A DNA stretch of 62,868 nt, the filler included, from Chrysochromulina tobinii (taxonomy: Eukaryota), in the NCBI GenBank assembly GCA_001275005.1. It is 9 parts of 9 records of this genome, joined end to end, with 100 filler letters (N's around TTAATTAATTAA, not from the genome) between each part and the next. Parts side by side here need not be neighbours in the genome. Positions count along the whole stretch, not along the records: positions 44,240 to 55,194 come from JWZX01000467.1; positions 55,295 to 59,293 come from JWZX01000469.1; 7 more parts are not named here. The stretch is one strand, 5' to 3'. This document shows positions 46,643-57,789 of the stretch, in pieces. Position 1 is the first letter of the stretch. Every line of letters begins with the position of its first letter. The notes under the pieces were generated by a model. The model ran no database searches, had not been told where the DNA came from, and worked only from the letters and a program-made list of their open reading frames with translations. A program made the translations under genes and the position numbers.

Positions 46643-47389
46643 TATTCAGCCAGTTGTGGTTGGATGTGAATTCGAGGAGCAGCTTGCCCGTGCGTGGTGG
46701 TGGCTGGCCAGCGCTGAGGGCAGCAGCAGCAGCCTGCGCGTCACTCTTCGCGATCAGGGTGTCGAGCCGCTTCTCGGGGTACCACTCGTCGACTGTTGTT
46801 GCGCCGGCGTCCTTGAGCACCTCGTCGAGGTTAGCGTATTCGCGCCCGACGCGCTCCCTCGAGGGCCGCGGCTGGGGCACAAAGAAAGCCGTCGCGTTTC
46901 ACCCATCCCTCTGCGCGCTGATCAACCTTTGTGTCCAGCGATAGGAAGGCCTCGAAGCATGCAATCGGCTCCGCGTGCTCAGCGTCGGGCGGCGAACAGT
47001 CTGGGTTGGAGGGATTGTACTAGTACTCGAAGGAGTGTGCAGAGAGCTTTGTGCACGCCATTGCACCTGTTACGTGACTGGGAACTTGCGGAGGACCTGC
47101 TTGCGCACCGCCTCCTGCGCCGGATGCTTGATCGAGTCAGGCGCGTTTGAGGGCACGTTCATGGGCAGATCAAAGCCCACACCCGAACGTGCGCGAATGG
47201 CGGCGCCGTTGACGCCCTCGACCTGGTGCATACGGCTCTGTCCCGCTTCCTGTGCGCCGAGGCAGCTGTAGTAGATGCCCTGGAGCACGTTGAAGAGCAC
47301 ATTCATACAGCGCGTCTCGAGTGATGAGACTCCTTGCGCAATGTCGCGCTCGAGGAAGAGGAAGGGGATCATCAAGAGCTGCGTGATGC

Positions 47390-47800
47390 CGGTGGTGGCG
47401 AGGGCGGCGGTGGTGATGGCGGTGGTAGCGAGGGCGATGGTGGTGATGGCGTTGGCGGCGGAGGCGATGGCTGTGGCGACGGCGATGGCGGCGGAGGCGA
47501 CGGCGGCGGTTGCGATGGCGGCGGTTGCGAGGGCGGCGGTGGCGAGGGCGGCGGTGGCGAGGGCGGCGGTGGCGAGGGCGGCGGTGGTGATGCCGGTGGT
47601 GGTGTCGGCAGCGGTGGCGATGGCGGCGGTGGCAGTGGCGGAGGCGGCGACGGCGATGGAGATGGCGGTGGTGGCGATGGCGGTGGTGGTGTCGGCAGCG
47701 GTGGCGATGGCGGAGGTGGCAGTGGCGGAGGCGGCGACGGCGATGGCGGCGGAGGCGATGGCGGTGACGGCGATGATGGCGGTGGAGGCGATGGCTGTGG
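47390..47800 (-). repeat. (SPPPP)n-encoding low-complexity tract, no clear start; probable gene fragment
   Basis: Minus-strand frame reads PSPPPPSPPPP... and starts abruptly at the tRNA trailer junction. Confidence 0.6.
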
Positions 47801-47876
47801 CGAGAGAGAGTGAATTAGGTGGCAGTGAGGGAGGAACAAGGAGGATGCGTTTAAACAGCAAATTATTTTTCCAAAA

Positions 47877-47959
47877 TAGCCCGGACGGGATTTGAACCCG
47901 CGCCCCTTGCGAGAACGGAGCCTTAATCCGTCGCCTTAGACCAACTCGGCCACCGGACC
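47877..47959 (-). tRNA. tRNA-Leu(AAG)
   Basis: GGTCCGG TGGCCGAGTTGGTCTAAGGC, anticodon arm ACGGA-TTAAGGC-TCCGT, long variable arm, GGGTTCAAATCCC, CCGGGCT-A, then a TTTT Pol III terminator. Confidence 0.95.
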
Positions 47960-48365
47960 ATCGCATGAATAACATCTCGGCAACATTGCCTGATATTATT
48001 CTGATGAGTAAAAGCTCACATTCTCCACTCCCCTGTTCGGGCTTCGAGCGCCCACTCATTCCCCCTCCGAAGGGACGCCCCCATCCTCGAGAATCGCCCC
48101 CCGTATGAAAAATCAGTAAAGGCATTGGGCACTCTCCATCAGTCCGCCCCCCCCAAACTCACGGACTGCAACGCATTGAGCACAACGAACCCTTTTGCGC
48201 CGTGCGATTCAGGAGCGCCGTGCGCGCTCGCTCGCTCGCGTTCATCCCGCCGGTTGAACTTTGGCAATCGGCTCGCGCTCCCGTCCACCATCGTTCTCAC
48301 GCTCACCAGCATCAGCTGCCCGCTCTCGGACTCGCTGCCCGCGCTGCCCTACTCTCCCTCGCCCG

Positions 48366-48830
48366 ATGCCGCCGCCCCTCAGCCCCTTGGAACGACGCTG
48401 GCAGGACGCGCACGCGGTCGCAACTGCCGCGGCGCGCGCGCTCGCCGCCTCGCTCGCCGCCTCGCCAGACGATGGCTCCTCCGCCGCCGTGGACGCCGCC
48501 GCACGCCTGCCTCCTGGCACCCTCGACGCCGCCGCTCTCGCCGCCGCCATCGGCCGCCGGCGCCACGCCGCGGCCTCTGCGGCCGTGCCCGAGGAGCAGC
48601 TGCGATCGCAGCTCGACGAGCTCGACGCCGTGCTCGACGAGATGCACGCGGCCGTTGAGGCTGCGCGCGCGGCGGCGCAGCGCCTGCCGCTGGCGGACGC
48701 TGCAGACCGTGGGCCGCATGGGCTCTCGCTGTCGCCCGCCGATCGATGCGCGGCGCTCGAGGCCCCGCGCCGCGGCCGTCTCAGAGCGCTCTGCTCAGCT
48801 GCACGTCGGCGCCCGCTTCTTTGTAGTCCG
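48366..48830 (+). CDS. possible small helical protein, convergent with the next gene
   Basis: Protein-like stretch PLERRWQDAHAV...LRSQLDELDAVLDEMHAAV. The 3' end is unclear and overlaps the opposite-strand gene. Confidence 0.3.
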
Positions 48831-51004
48831 ACGCGCGGCGAGCGACGGACGCGAAGTCAATGTCAAGATTCATGCGGGACACCTTCATCTCCTGGGATGC
48901 GTCGTCGCGGGCAAAGTCGAGCACGAAGCCCGCGTGCATGCGCGGGAGCCCATGCTGCCCCGCCTCGACGCCGTATTCGTGTAGGTACGCTTCGAATCTG
49001 GCCGGCGACACGCGCACCGAGTCGACCGTGAGCATGCCCAGGGTGCCAAGCGTGGCCCTGTAGGCAAGGAGCGCCTCAATGTCGGCGCCCTCGATCTGAT
49101 AGCGAGGCACCTCGAGTCGCACAGAGGGCGAGGCGAGCGCGCGCAGCGACTCCTCCACGTGCGTCTCCCACGCCTTGACGAAGGTGAGAGCGCGCGTGTA
49201 GGTCGACTGGACGGATGGGTTGTCGAAGGCGAGCCCAGCCGTCTCGTACTCGGAGGGGCTCAGGTCCTCGGCGATCCAGATGGCGTCGCCGACGACCGAT
49301 TGCAGCCGGAGCCCTGTGAACTCGAGCCGGAGTGCAAAGTGCGCCGTCGGCCGGCCGCTCGACACGGCGCTCGTCACGTCGTAAAGGTGCGCGTGCGCGA
49401 GGACGCTCGTGGTCTCTCGACCGTTGGACACCACCATGGGCGAATTGACGGCGATGAGGGTGCCGATTGGGAGCAGGCTCGAGCGCCCTTGCCATGAGGC
49501 GTGCACGCCCGAGGCCTCGAGGCCGAGCGCCTTGAACGTCATCGTCACCTCGGGCGCCACCGATGCCTCGAATCGGATCTGATCTCCCGAGATCCAGCTC
49601 GTGAGGGCGACGGCGCTGAGCGAGGCTGCGTCGGTGCACCCGCCGAGCGTGCGGCCGTTGCCCAGGCGGTTGGCCACAGGCGACGGCAGCATCCCCGGGG
49701 GCGGCGGCATCCCGGGGGGCGGCGGCATCCCCGGGGGGCGGTTTGCCAGGGGCGCCTGCGGCGGGCGCCTGCGAGCCGGCAGCGGGCAGCGGCCAGATCG
49801 GCTGGCGCGTGAGCTCGGTCAGCTTCCACGCGCGCGCGGGCGCGGCGGCGCCGGACGCTGCGGACACTGCGCCCGCATCGTGGGTGGCCGCCTGTTTGAA
49901 GACCATGCGCAGCCAGCAGTGCGCAACAGGCATGCCATCCGAATCGACCGCGTGCGCGTGCTGCATCGCGACGAGTGTGGCGCTCGCGCCCTCGTGGTCC
50001 ACCTGCACCATCACCGAATCGATCGAGAGTTGCCCGTGCGCCTCGTCCGACTCGCGCGCGGCCCACACCGCGGTCAAGCCGCTCGCCACACTCACGTGAG
50101 GTAGGCTCGCCACGATGCCCTGATCGGCGAGGGCGGCAAAGGTGTCAAAGTCGGTGGCGTCCCACGCGGCGATCGCGCGCGCTGCGAGCGAGCTCAGCTC
50201 GAAGGCCGCCGCCGACGGAGCCTCCACAGCCGGCTCGGGCGGCGGCGGCTCGCGGAGGACGCTGCCGAAGAGCGAGCTGAGAAACCTCTGCAGACCCCAG
50301 CCCGGCTCCTCGCCCTTGATGACGAGCGGCGGCGGCGGCGGCGGCGGCGGTAGCGGCGATGGCGTGGCGGCGGCGGCGGCGGTCACGGGCTCGGCGGGCG
50401 CGCCAGGCGTGGGTGCAAAGTTGGGCGCGTACTCGGCCTCCGCCGCCGGCGCTGCTGCCTGTGCTGCCTCGATCTGTTTACGTAACAGGTGACGTGTCAC
50501 CTCCCGAGCTTGCTTGCCGCGCAGGCGCGACTGCAGCCTCGTGACCGCCTTGGCCTGCTCGAGCAGCTTGGCCTGGACCGCCTCCTTGCTCTTGGGCATC
50601 GAGAACGAGATCACGTTCCCAGGGAGGGCGCCCGGGGGGACCGTGATCACCACCTTGTCCGGCATGCCCGGGATGGTGAGCTTGAGCTTGCTGCCCGGCT
50701 TCGTGTTCGGCGGCACCTGGAGCTCGTATGTCTCCTCCTCGTCATCGATGGCCGGTGTCTCGGCGGGCGGCACGGAAGGCGCAGGCGCCTCGGCGGCCGT
50801 GGGCGGCGGGGCGGCCTGCCTCGCCTCAGAGGCGGCGGCGGCGGTGCCCTGCGCTGCGACCGCCTCGGGCTTCGGCGGCTCGGCCGTCGAGGCCGAAGGC
50901 CCGTAGTCCGGCTTGTCGATCTGCACCAGGCTCTTCTTTTTGGACGAGAAGAGTCGGGTGACCAGCCCGATTTTCTTGAGCCTCGCCGTCGCCGGCGGCG
51001 GCAT
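48781..51004 (-). CDS. IQ-motif protein with three tandem SnoaL/NTF2-like domains; +1 frameshift at ~49735
   Basis: VPPxxxPG beta-domain, IQ-like LQSRLRGKQAR, then three related ~115-aa units (AIAAWDATD..., ALTSWISGD..., FVKAWETH...). Frames join at a C6G4 run where neighbouring repeat units have 9 nt. Confidence 0.65.
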
Positions 51005-51132
51005 AGTAGCGATTAGTTTGTGCAACTTTTTCGCATCGCGACGGCCGGCGCGGAATCGAATCTTTTGTTGCGGAGCGGTGATCGGTTTGTACCGCCGGCT
51101 TGTGATCTAGGAGCTCGCGCGCACAGAGGGCC

Positions 51133-52566
51133 ATGATCTTGCCCATCCCCGGCCTTTTGCAACCCCTCCTGCTGCTGCCCGCGGGGCTCAATTATTTTGT
51201 CGCATTTTGCATTCCGTTCCTCTGGATCGTCGTGCTCTGCATCCCGAGCAACCCCGAGGGGGTCCTCTGGTGGATCCTCGCGGTGTTCGACCACGCGATG
51301 GCCATCGACATGCTCAAGACGCCGCTCATCGCGCTCCTGTACGCGAATCTGCGTGCGACGACGCCAGACGAGGAGGCCGCCGACCCGGGCCTCTACCTCG
51401 CTCGTGTGAGCAGTGGCGTCGCTCTCGCCGCACTGCTCGTTGTGACGGTGGTGACGGTGCTCGGCCGCACGCTCCTCTTCCTCTTGACGGCCTTGAAGCT
51501 GCTCGCCATCATGCAGGCGGGCTGCTGGATCTCTGCGTGCACCAACCTGCTGCAGTCCAAGGGCGGCATCGCCCTCATGCCCGGAGCACTCCAGCACCTG
51601 CTCGGCTCGACGCCGCGCGAGCTGCTCTCTTCCGCGCTGCGCGGCCGCGACGAGGCCGCGGCACACGAAGGCCACGCGGCGCCGACGGCGGCGCCGGTGC
51701 GCTGGCTCTCGGTCGGCGAGCTCCTCTGGGCGACCCGCGCGCTCACGCCCGTGGTGCTCGCGCCCGAGGAGCACCGCGAGGAGGCGCTCGGGTTGCTGCC
51801 ACCACGGCTCCTTGCGGCGCTCGAGCAGCCCCTATACCAGCATCTGTCGCTCTCGACTCGGCAGTTCATGGAGCCGTGGTCGGAGACGGCCGCGCTCCGT
51901 CCATCGAAGCTCGGCGGCGGCGACAGCGCCCGCGCCGAGGGCAACGGCGCGTCGGCCCACGCCACCGGCGCCGGCGTCGGCGCCGCACCGGTTGCGCTCA
52001 ACGGGCCCGAGTCGGCGCGCACCTCCTCGCCGAGCAAGGTGGTGCCGCCGCTCCGCCTGCCGCCGCGCGCGCCCCCCAATGAGGCGCCTGATGGTCTCGG
52101 GACGCCCCGGAGTACCACCTCGTCCACGTCGACGTACTCGTCGATGCAGGTCGCCGCGGAGGCCGTGGCGCCAGAGCTGCTGCTCGTGCGCATCGCCACG
52201 CAGGGCCTGAAGCGCCTCGCCATGCGCAAGGTCGCAGACTACCGCAAGCTCGCCGAGTGCACCGCCAGCTACGCGTACGAGACGGTGTGCGATGTGATCT
52301 TGGCCGGGCCGCGATGGATAAGGAGCCTCCTGAGCCGTGGCGCCCGGAGCCAGGGGGATCCCCCTGGGAAGCGGTCGGACGTAATCTCCGGTGCAATCTC
52401 CGGTGCAATCTCCGGTGTAATCTCCGGTGGTCCCCATCCCGGCCCAGCCCTCTCCACGGCGGGCGCAGGAGCGGCGAGCTCGCCCTACGCGCGCGAGCCT
52501 ACGGATCTGCCTGGGCTGCGCCAGCGCGCCTCGCGGGGTGAGGGGATCGTGACGAACGGCTCATGA
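51133..52566 (+). CDS. hypothetical membrane protein
   Basis: 477-aa ORF with about three N-terminal hydrophobic helices. Divergent from the IQ/SnoaL gene. Confidence 0.65.
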   Translation: MILPIPGLLQPLLLLPAGLNYFVAFCIPFLWIVVLCIPSNPEGVLWWILAVFDHAMAIDMLKTPLIALLYANLRATTPDEEAADPGLYLARVSSGVALAALLVVTVVTVLGRTLLFLLTALKLLAIMQAGCWISACTNLLQSKGGIALMPGALQHLLGSTPRELLSSALRGRDEAAAHEGHAAPTAAPVRWLSVGELLWATRALTPVVLAPEEHREEALGLLPPRLLAALEQPLYQHLSLSTRQFMEPWSETAALRPSKLGGGDSARAEGNGASAHATGAGVGAAPVALNGPESARTSSPSKVVPPLRLPPRAPPNEAPDGLGTPRSTTSSTSTYSSMQVAAEAVAPELLLVRIATQGLKRLAMRKVADYRKLAECTASYAYETVCDVILAGPRWIRSLLSRGARSQGDPPGKRSDVISGAISGAISGVISGGPHPGPALSTAGAGAASSPYAREPTDLPGLRQRASRGEGIVTNGS

Positions 52567-53204
52567 GTGGCGGGTTTAGGAGGTGGGTCGCGGTGGCGAA
52601 GGCGAGTGCGCTCGACGGCGGGCGAGAGGCGGCATCGGTCGCGGCAGTGAAGGCGAGGGTCGTCGCGGCGGCGATGGTGGTGGTGGCGGCAGCTGCGGCG
52701 GCAGCTGCGAGGGCTACGGTGGCGAGGGCGGCTGAGGCGACGTCGGGGCGAGGGCGGCTGAGGCGACGTCGGGGTTCACAGCTCCACAACTGTCCTGCGC
52801 GTGGTGACGACTAGAGAGCCCCCAAGAAGGGGAGTGCGGATCGATCTGCTGCGAGGTAAGCTGCGAGGCTGTAGCTCTCGTAGACCATAGTCGCTCTCGG
52901 TAGCGGTACGTAGGCGTGCGGGTAGAGCCCGCACAGGGAGCCCTCGCTTTGGGGCTGCACGCACCGCGAGCGAGGGCGGCGCCATCCCATGCGCGCCGCG
53001 TTGGATGTGCGCGAGAAGGAACGATCCGATGACATGCGGCTGCAATTACCATGTGATCCTAACATCAAGTTGTTCAACATACATGCATGCCCCATAATTA
53101 ACATGCGTAGCCTTGTAGAAAGCAGTTGACGAATGTTTTGCGGAATATGCACCATGAAGTCCATGAACAAGATGGAACTCATTGCAGCACCCTTATCCCA
53201 GGCC

Positions 53205-54880
53205 ATGGAGCGCGAGGTAGACACCGGCAAGGCCCGCGGCGGCCCCGCCTTTGATGGACCCAAGCCGCTCGTCCAGTCGCAAAAGGAGGCCGTGGCGTTT
53301 GGCCAGAGGTTCTGGGCGCAATATCTGAAAGACAGTGAGGGGAAGCCGCCTGACGGCGAGATCTACTTCAAGCCGCAGAAGATGTACTCGCTGATGCGCC
53401 AGGGGGGCGACGGCAGCCCCGCACCCGTGCGGCTCCTCCGCCTCTCGTGGCTGCTCAAGCAGGCCCGCCGCGGTGCGGTGCTGCCGCGCCGGCAGGAGCT
53501 CCCGGAGGAGGCGTTCCTTTCGGAGGTGGAGGTGCGCGCACTCCCGCGCGGGCACGTGGGAGAGGATTGTGAGACTTGCGGCTGCCAAGATGGGCTTACA
53601 TGCAAACTGTTGACAGACGATCTTCGCGCCGACAAGCCGCTCCGCATCATCTCCATCTCGCACGGGTGGCTCACGCCCGAGCACCCGGACCCGTTTGGCG
53701 AGCAGCTGAGGCGCTTCGCCAAGCAGGTCGAGCGCGAGCGGCAGTGCTGCCCAGGAAGCTGTTTCGAAATCGGCTTCTCGTTGTTCTGCAACGTTCTCTG
53801 CCTCGGCTTCTGTGCTGGCTACTGCTGCTACGTCATCCCGGCCAGCGGGCAGCAGTGCGGCGACACGTTGAATCAGCTCCCCTCGGGCGAGTTTGGCGTC
53901 TTCTACGAGTGAGTGCTCGCTCGCGCGCGCGCGCTCTCTCTCTCTCTCGCGCGCGCGCGCGCGCCGCCACCGCCCCATTTCCTCGCACGACCCCTCCCCC
54001 CTAGGCAGCCACTCGCCGCCGCAGCCCCCCTGCGCCTCTTTCATCCCCGCGTCGGCTCGCCTGATCGGTCCGGCGTTGCAAGCCTCGGAGGTGCAAAGCT
54101 TCGGCGCGCTCACGCGCCCCTATGTGCGTGTGTGCGTGCGTGCCGCGCAGCTACGGCAGCCTGCACCAAAAGGACGCCAAAGGGCAGCGGACGGAGCCCG
54201 AGCAAGCCGCCTTTGGCACCGCGCTGAAGACCATGGGCATGTGGTACGCCCACCGGCTGACGACGACGGTGATCCTGAGCGAGCTGCCCCCGGGCTGGCC
54301 GCGCTCGGCCGAGGCCGCGCCCTTTTTCCCCGAGGGCTGGCTCCGAGGCAAGGGGTGGCCGTCGTTTGAGCGCGCCGTGAGCGGCATGATCAAGAGAGGG
54401 ACAGGCAGCTCCTTTCGGCGCATCGTCGACCCCGCGGTGCCGCGCGGCCTCTTCGGCTTCAGCGGGTACCGCGCGCCTCCGATGCACCCGCGCGAGTTTG
54501 CGGCCGAGCTGTCGCGTAAGGTCTTCAGCAACGGCGCCGACTGCGAGGTGGTGGCGCGGCTGTACGCCGACACGTTCTCCGCCGCGCTCGGCGAGGCGCG
54601 AGTGCTCAATTTCGCCAGCCTCGAGTGGAGGGACGGGGACGCGGAGGCGTTCGCAAAGGTGCTTCCGCTCTTGCGGCGCGTCGAGACGCTCGCAATGAGC
54701 GCGAACTACATTGGCACGCGCGGGTTTGCGGCGCTGGCGGCGGCGATCCGCGAGGGCGCGGCGCCGGCGCTCAAGGAGTTCGACTTTAGGACCAATAACG
54801 ACCACGGCGATTCGACCGCGCTCAAGGAGGCGTGCGAGGCGCGCGGGATCCGGACGCGATCCCAAAGAGATGTGAGCTGA
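53205..54880 (+). CDS. HET-like domain + RNI-type LRR protein; exons ~53205-53908, 54151-54880
   Basis: ISISHGWLTPEHPDP...FYD|YGSLHQK...MGMWYAH...GWPSFE follows the HET-domain motif order. LRRs follow (LNFASLEW, LAMSANYIGTRG, LKEFDFRTN). GT-AG intron 53909-54150 restores the Asp codon. Start uncertain. Confidence 0.75.
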
Positions 54881-56220
54881 GGGCGTGCGAAACCTGAGCG
54901 CTGCGGCTCATCCGGTGAGGTGACAGTGCAGGTGCGGACTCGGAATCTGGACTTCCTGGAATTTCGGACGATTCGGTAATCCTAGGGCTCCTAGCCCGCC
55001 CTCGAACGATTCCATGTTGACGTTGAAACGTCACCAGTTACCGACCAGATTGGATGTAGACGTTCCAACAAAAAGTCATGGAATCGCAATCGGGAATTTG
55101 AGGCTCACTTAGCAACGGGGAAAAAATTGGGCCGGACCAGGTTTGCGTGGGACGTCCCAGCGGGCTGGGCCGTCCCGGTCCGGACTGGGACAACNNNNNN
55201 NNNNNNNNNNNNNNNNNNNNNNNNNNNNNNNNNNNNNNTTAATTAATTAANNNNNNNNNNNNNNNNNNNNNNNNNNNNNNNNNNNNNNNNNNNNCGCCGT
55301 TAGGTTACCGTTAGGTGTGGTTGTGTTCAGTGTGAACGCAGGCGTGATATAGCACGACCGGCGCCGCCCTTGAGTCTCTGTGGTGGATGGGGCGGCCCTT
55401 CGGGTAGGCCTCCGGCCGCGCCTACCGGCCACCCCCACCGCGGCGTGGCGCAGGTGGCGGGGGGTAGGCGGGGGGTGGCACCGGCGCCGTATTACCGGCG
55501 GCCGCCCTTGGGGACCTCTGGGGCGGTGGGGAAGTGTGGTGCTGGTGCCGCCCTTTTGGTCCTGGGGGATGGTGTGTGCTGTGATCGACTCTCCTACCCC
55601 ACATGCCCACGTCTGTGAAGCCGCCAGGGAGCCCGGCAGCACCGCATTCGGCGTGTGCAATCGGTGAAGTTATATGATTACACACGGGTACGTATGAATA
55701 TGTAGAGGGCTAATGGGTCTTAAGGGTCTCCGCGGGAGGATTCACCGGCCAGCCAATGCTCCTTCTCGCCCGCGCAGCGCCGCACGCACCGCGCACGTGA
55801 GTGCATGACATGGGGACGACACCTAGACACCCGAACATGAATCGTAGATTCGAACCATGGCCACGAGCGTCCGGTGAGGGAGCTGCGTGTGCTGCTATGG
55901 GATATCCTATGTGTCTTAGTGGATATCTCGACCCGTACCCCGTATTGTTCCACGGTGTGTCTGTGACTGCGCACACTCTGCGTTAGGCTTGAATGGCCAG
56001 CATTTAGCAAGTTGAGCATACCGTACACCATACAGTATTCAGTAATTTATCTAATTCCCTATCGTCTTCTGTTAAATACTTCCAAAAACGCCCCCTCTCG
56101 AACAGCGGTGATCGAAGCTACGAAGGTCCCGAAGGGGACGCACTATCTGCCGATGTGGGCCCGACGCACAGTTGGTTAAATATATGACATGTCAGTTTTG
56201 CCACATTTAGCTTGAGCTCA

Positions 56221-56695
56221 CAGCTCACGAACTCGGCGTTTGGATGTGTAGTGGAGTGTTACGAAACAACGACATCTCCCCCTGCCACGTTTGATCCCCC
56301 ATGTAGAAGAGTAGAATCTGCCGGTTGGCAGCTCTCAAGTTTACATGTACGGTGAGAGGCCTTCATCGAGGATGGGCATGTGAGCTCGGATCGGCCCGTT
56401 CGGGCTTTGAGGCGACGTCCGTGGTCGATGCCGACCAAGGCGAGAGCAAATTGCGAAGCCTAGGATGCATGTCTTCCACACTGTGCACGGTAGTACACCA
56501 TTTCATCGACAACCGGGACGCCCGATCCGTGCCACATCGCCGAGTACGAGCAAGAGTACGAGCGGCCGCACTCCAAAAGCCGCACTCCAGAAGAGTAGTG
56601 CAGCCTCTTTGGGTCAGTGGAGGGCGGTGACTGAGCGGTCACCAGAGATTTAACCAGAGATAGGTACTACATCCAAACGCCGAGTTCGTGAGCTG
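56221..56695. mobile_element. possible MITE: 27-bp perfect inverted repeats
   Basis: CAGCTCACGAACTCGGCGTTTGGATGT (56221-56247) is the reverse complement of 56669-56695. No TSD seen. Confidence 0.55.
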
Positions 56696-57789
56696 CTGCT
56701 GCATTGTGTCGAGCAAGCCAGCTTGGATTCGCTCGTGCTCATAGGGCAGAGGAGCATGCACGCCAAAAGAGAAAAGACGGTGTCTCAATAACTTACTCTC
56801 ACTCACTCTACACTCACTCACTCACTACAACGCCCTAACAACGCCCCCCCATGCCCCTCCGCTTTTGGGGGGATCCGCCCGTATACCACCACAGGCACGC
56901 TGAGTCGCTGAGGGTACGCTCCGACACGGCGCCGCATTGCTCGTCAGGGCCAGGTCGACCTTCGAGGATGTTCGGAGGTTGCCATCCTGTGTACCAATAT
57001 CAGTGGAGCGGTGTTACGAAACAACGACATCTCCCCCTATGCCACGTTTCCCCCGGTGTGTGACGTGTGATAAATATGTGAGGGTGGGACGGTGGGTCAC
57101 GACAGAAATAACACAAGACGGGCGACCCCATGCGTGTCGCGATGAGCGACGTGCCCTCTCTGCTCCAATCTCTGCTCTGTGCTACAGGTCCTTGATTGGC
57201 TCCAACCCGTCGAATTTTGATCGTCGAATTCCCCCTCTTATTATAGACGGGCCGCCCTCGCCGCGCCGTTCTAGCGCAGGTGGCGAGGGGCGTACTTGCT
57301 GTTTTGAGTTGTTTTGAGTTTAGGGTGGTTGCGGGTTGGTTTGGGGTTTTGATTGGATTTGTTGGGTTGAAGTGGATGGTGTGTCGGGAACTCTACACAC
57401 AGAAACGGGTGTACCATCCCACACGTGCCGGCCATGCACACACAGGGGTTCGAGAGGAGAGAGACGTACTGACGTAGTCCCCGGGCTGTTAACACAGTGT
57501 TCAAAGCCTATGAGGTAATTACCTGAGTAGTGAGAATGGTCCCCCTAGGTCAAAAAAGTGCGCCCCACAGTGTTCAAACGGCCCGCTATGAGGTTTGAGG
57601 TATTACTTGTCGAAGAGGCGTCGTAATTAAACCTGAGTATAACATGAGTAGTGAGAAGGTCCCTAGGTCCACCATGATTTTTGGCTGACCGGACCTAGTT
57701 GATACGATAACGATCAACGTACAGTAAGATCGTACCACGTGCTCAGTAATCCGATCGTATATACTACTCGAGTACGACGATCGAAACAA

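Noticed and set aside
47070..48125. 351-aa minus-strand ORF
   Set aside because: It runs through the tRNA gene and an off-frame low-complexity tract, so it is not a credible gene.
49725..49745. Programmed ribosomal frameshift
   Set aside because: A one-base excess in a C/G homopolymer within a triplicated unit is better explained by assembly error.
53909..54150. Another junction-duplication intron
   Set aside because: It has (GC)n/(CT)n microsatellites but no flanking duplication or GCCACTGA satellite. The intron at 21200-21310 has the satellite but also no clear duplication.
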